Positions 48,268 to 50,170 of a DNA stretch of 50,170 bases are shown here, piece by piece. The stretch is from the NCBI GenBank assembly GCA_018263175.1, contig JADFDB010000003.1:1-50170 (forward strand). The letters are read 5' to 3'. The DNA comes from Spirochaetota bacterium. Lineage in GTDB: Bacteria > Spirochaetota > UBA4802 > UBA5368. Within the stretch, counting starts at the first letter, position 1, and every line of letters starts with the position of its first letter. Under the pieces are notes generated by a model, which did no database searches, was not told the DNA's origin, and saw nothing but the letters and a program-made list of their open reading frames with translations. The translations under genes were made by a program, and so were the position numbers.

Positions 48268-48417
48268 AGGAAGAGGACGTGGGATTTAACATCGCAGTGT
48301 TTTCTTCGACGACACCTCGGGGTGTCACCATTACGGTACATACATGTACCAATTGATCTAATCGATCAAAACAGGGAAACGGGGAACAGTCCTTAAGGGC
48401 TGATCCCCTTTCTTTTT
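48268..48417 (+). ncRNA. Candidate structured sRNA (or small-peptide mRNA)
   Basis: Promoter, four consecutive hairpins, then an intrinsic terminator; no long ORF. Confidence 0.55.
48381..48417 (+). terminator. Intrinsic terminator
   Basis: GGGGA-A-CAGTCC-TTAA-GGGCTG-A-TCCCC followed by TTTCTTTTT. Confidence 0.8.
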
Positions 48418-48514
48418 AGATACTCTCCCTGCCGCGCTCCCCGCCAGGGAAATACTGCCCATACCACGTAAAATTCATTTGCCATTGGAGCAGCCCTGCC
48501 GAGATACTCTCCTC

Positions 48515-48778
48515 ATGAGTACGCGCACACTCCTCTGTATAACGGTAACACCCCGGTCGTCCCGAAGCGGCATCGCAATGGACGAGCGTGGAGAGATAAA
48601 GGCCCGCCTCAATTCTCCACCGGCCGACGGGCGGGCCAACGATGAGCTCGTCAGGCTCATCGCGAAAACGCTTGGCATCGCGAAGTCCCGTATCAGTATC
48701 GAAAAAGGTGAAAGGGGACGTAAAAAAATTTTATCGATAGAGGGGATGACGGAGGATGAAGTGCGGCATCGGCTCTGA
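48515..48778 (+). CDS. YggU / DUF167 family protein
   Basis: VTPRSSR, SPPADGRANDEL and G..GRKK motifs. Confidence 0.88.
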   Translation: MSTRTLLCITVTPRSSRSGIAMDERGEIKARLNSPPADGRANDELVRLIAKTLGIAKSRISIEKGERGRKKILSIEGMTEDEVRHRL

Positions 48779-48822
48779 CCTCGGCATCGCCGCGCAGAGC
48801 GAGCGCTTTGATTGAAGCTATA

Positions 48823-50170
48823 TTAAAACAGATCGTCGAGCTCTTTAATAACCCCTCCTCCGGCGGTTTCCTTTTTATCATCGCCTTCGGGGGCGCGCTC
48901 ATTTTCCGAAGCCCCCTCCTCCGCAAGGGCGGCCATTTTCTGCATATCCTCCTCGTTCACCTCTTCCTCGCCGAAGAGATCCCCGCCGGGGCTCAGGCGA
49001 TAGGCAAAGGCCGAAGCGTAGTAGTAGGCCGCAATGATCGCCTCGTAGATCTTCCGGCCATTCATCTTCTTGCTTCCCTCTATGGATGACTCAAACCCGA
49101 GAACGTCCTGGGGATTCTCCACTATACGCTGTTCGCCGTTCATGTCCGCAATAAGGATGCCGAGCTCCCCGATCACATTTTCCATGAAGGCCCGCACCGT
49201 CATCCGCACGTTTTTGCCGACCCCTGCCTTTTTCTTGTCCATCCCCGTCAGCCGGTTCGAGTAGTCGATATACTGGGCGCTGGAGGTCGGTTTCTCGTTG
49301 CGGGCCTTTTCGTAGCTTTCGATGGCATCGGCATAGTCTTTGAAGACATTCATGCACCGCCGCAGGTCATTATACAGGTCGGACAGCTTGATCCGGTAAT
49401 CGACCTTCCCGTTATGAGTGAACTGTACGTTGTACTTGATCTTGTTCGTCGTCAGGATAAAAGAATACTCTTCGTCGAATTCCCTGAAGAAGATATGGGC
49501 CAGCAGTATCTTGTCATTGTCCCGAACGTATTTAAAAATGCCGGATTTATCATAAATCGCGCGCAGTTTTTTAAGATCGAGAGCGTTCATGATGGCCAGC
49601 CCCTTGCGTACCTCCTCGGGCAGCTGCTCCTCGGCCTCCTCTTTCCCTTCTCCGGCGCTCCCTTCTTCGGCGTCCACCCCCTCCGCCCGGGCATCCAGCC
49701 TTTTCGCGCGAGCGCGCCTGCCCGGCGCCTCCGTATCGGCGATCTGCAATATGCGCGCAATCACGGGATCTCTCATCGCATACAGCTCCCCGAGGTAATT
49801 GCAGAAAAGCCAGTACAGCACCGTATGGAGCCTGTTGAACACGACAGCCACGTCGTTTTTTATTTTTTTGCGCTTCATCGCGTAGAGCGAGGCCTTGCCC
49901 TTTTCAAGCCTCATCTGCATTTCGATGGCACGATCGAACGCGAGAAGAATGAACTCCTTGTACGGATACAGAACGTAGAGCTTTTTAAAAAGCCTCGTGA
50001 GCGGCTCCCGTATCTCGGTGGCCCTTTGATCGATATGCGGGAAATTGATGTGATGCTCGACGATCTGGTTGATCAGGCTTCGGTCGAAAACCGACGACGA
50101 CATCTCGATGAGCTCGTAATACAGGGGATTCAGCCGGTCGAGCTCATCGATTATTGCAAGTCCCAGCTTG
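48823..50170 (-). CDS. Large hypothetical protein, C-terminal part (5' end outside the window)
   Basis: Frame stays open to the window edge (...KLGLAIIDELDRLNPLYYELIEMSSS...); helical, with an acidic C-terminal tail. Confidence 0.8.
   Translation of the reverse strand, partial: KLGLAIIDELDRLNPLYYELIEMSSSVFDRSLINQIVEHHINFPHIDQRATEIREPLTRLFKKLYVLYPYKEFILLAFDRAIEMQMRLEKGKASLYAMKRKKIKNDVAVVFNRLHTVLYWLFCNYLGELYAMRDPVIARILQIADTEAPGRRARAKRLDARAEGVDAEEGSAGEGKEEAEEQLPEEVRKGLAIMNALDLKKLRAIYDKSGIFKYVRDNDKILLAHIFFREFDEEYSFILTTNKIKYNVQFTHNGKVDYRIKLSDLYNDLRRCMNVFKDYADAIESYEKARNEKPTSSAQYIDYSNRLTGMDKKKAGVGKNVRMTVRAFMENVIGELGILIADMNGEQRIVENPQDVLGFESSIEGSKKMNGRKIYEAIIAAYYYASAFAYRLSPGGDLFGEEEVNEEDMQKMAALAEEGASENERAPEGDDKKETAGGGVIKELDDLF

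Overview
GC-rich (roughly 60%) chromosomal window, most likely from an anaerobic Spirochaetota related to the Leptospirae. The taxonomic hints are the tmRNA tag ANNELALAA, a LipL71/LruA-like lipoprotein, a spiro-SPASM protein and a ComFB-domain gene. It is mostly housekeeping and metabolic: tmRNA, paaK-ACT-iorAB, lon, cimA-murI-surA-spiroSPASM-spsF-spsG-aconitase, glpX-tal and radC. There is no CRISPR array, integrase or transposase. The most notable non-routine signals are: (1) a dispersed ~90-bp MITE/REP-like family (6-7 copies) whose central hairpins differ in sequence but keep their pairing; (2) a stand-alone ~150-nt multi-hairpin transcript with its own sigma70 promoter and terminator at 48268-48417; (3) a full-length GlpX that has lost its metal/catalytic residues but keeps the substrate-binding motifs; (4) a leader-peptide/terminator attenuator-like region in front of an HNH nuclease; (5) a radical SAM protein with its SPASM/twitch-like domain at the N-terminus; (6) two further apparent pseudo-enzymes and a GC-mosaic outer-membrane gene. 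Three genes absent as separate entries from the ORF track (hicA, a 67-aa Cys-rich protein and a partial TPP enzyme) were read directly. All family assignments come from motif recognition by eye; no searches were run.
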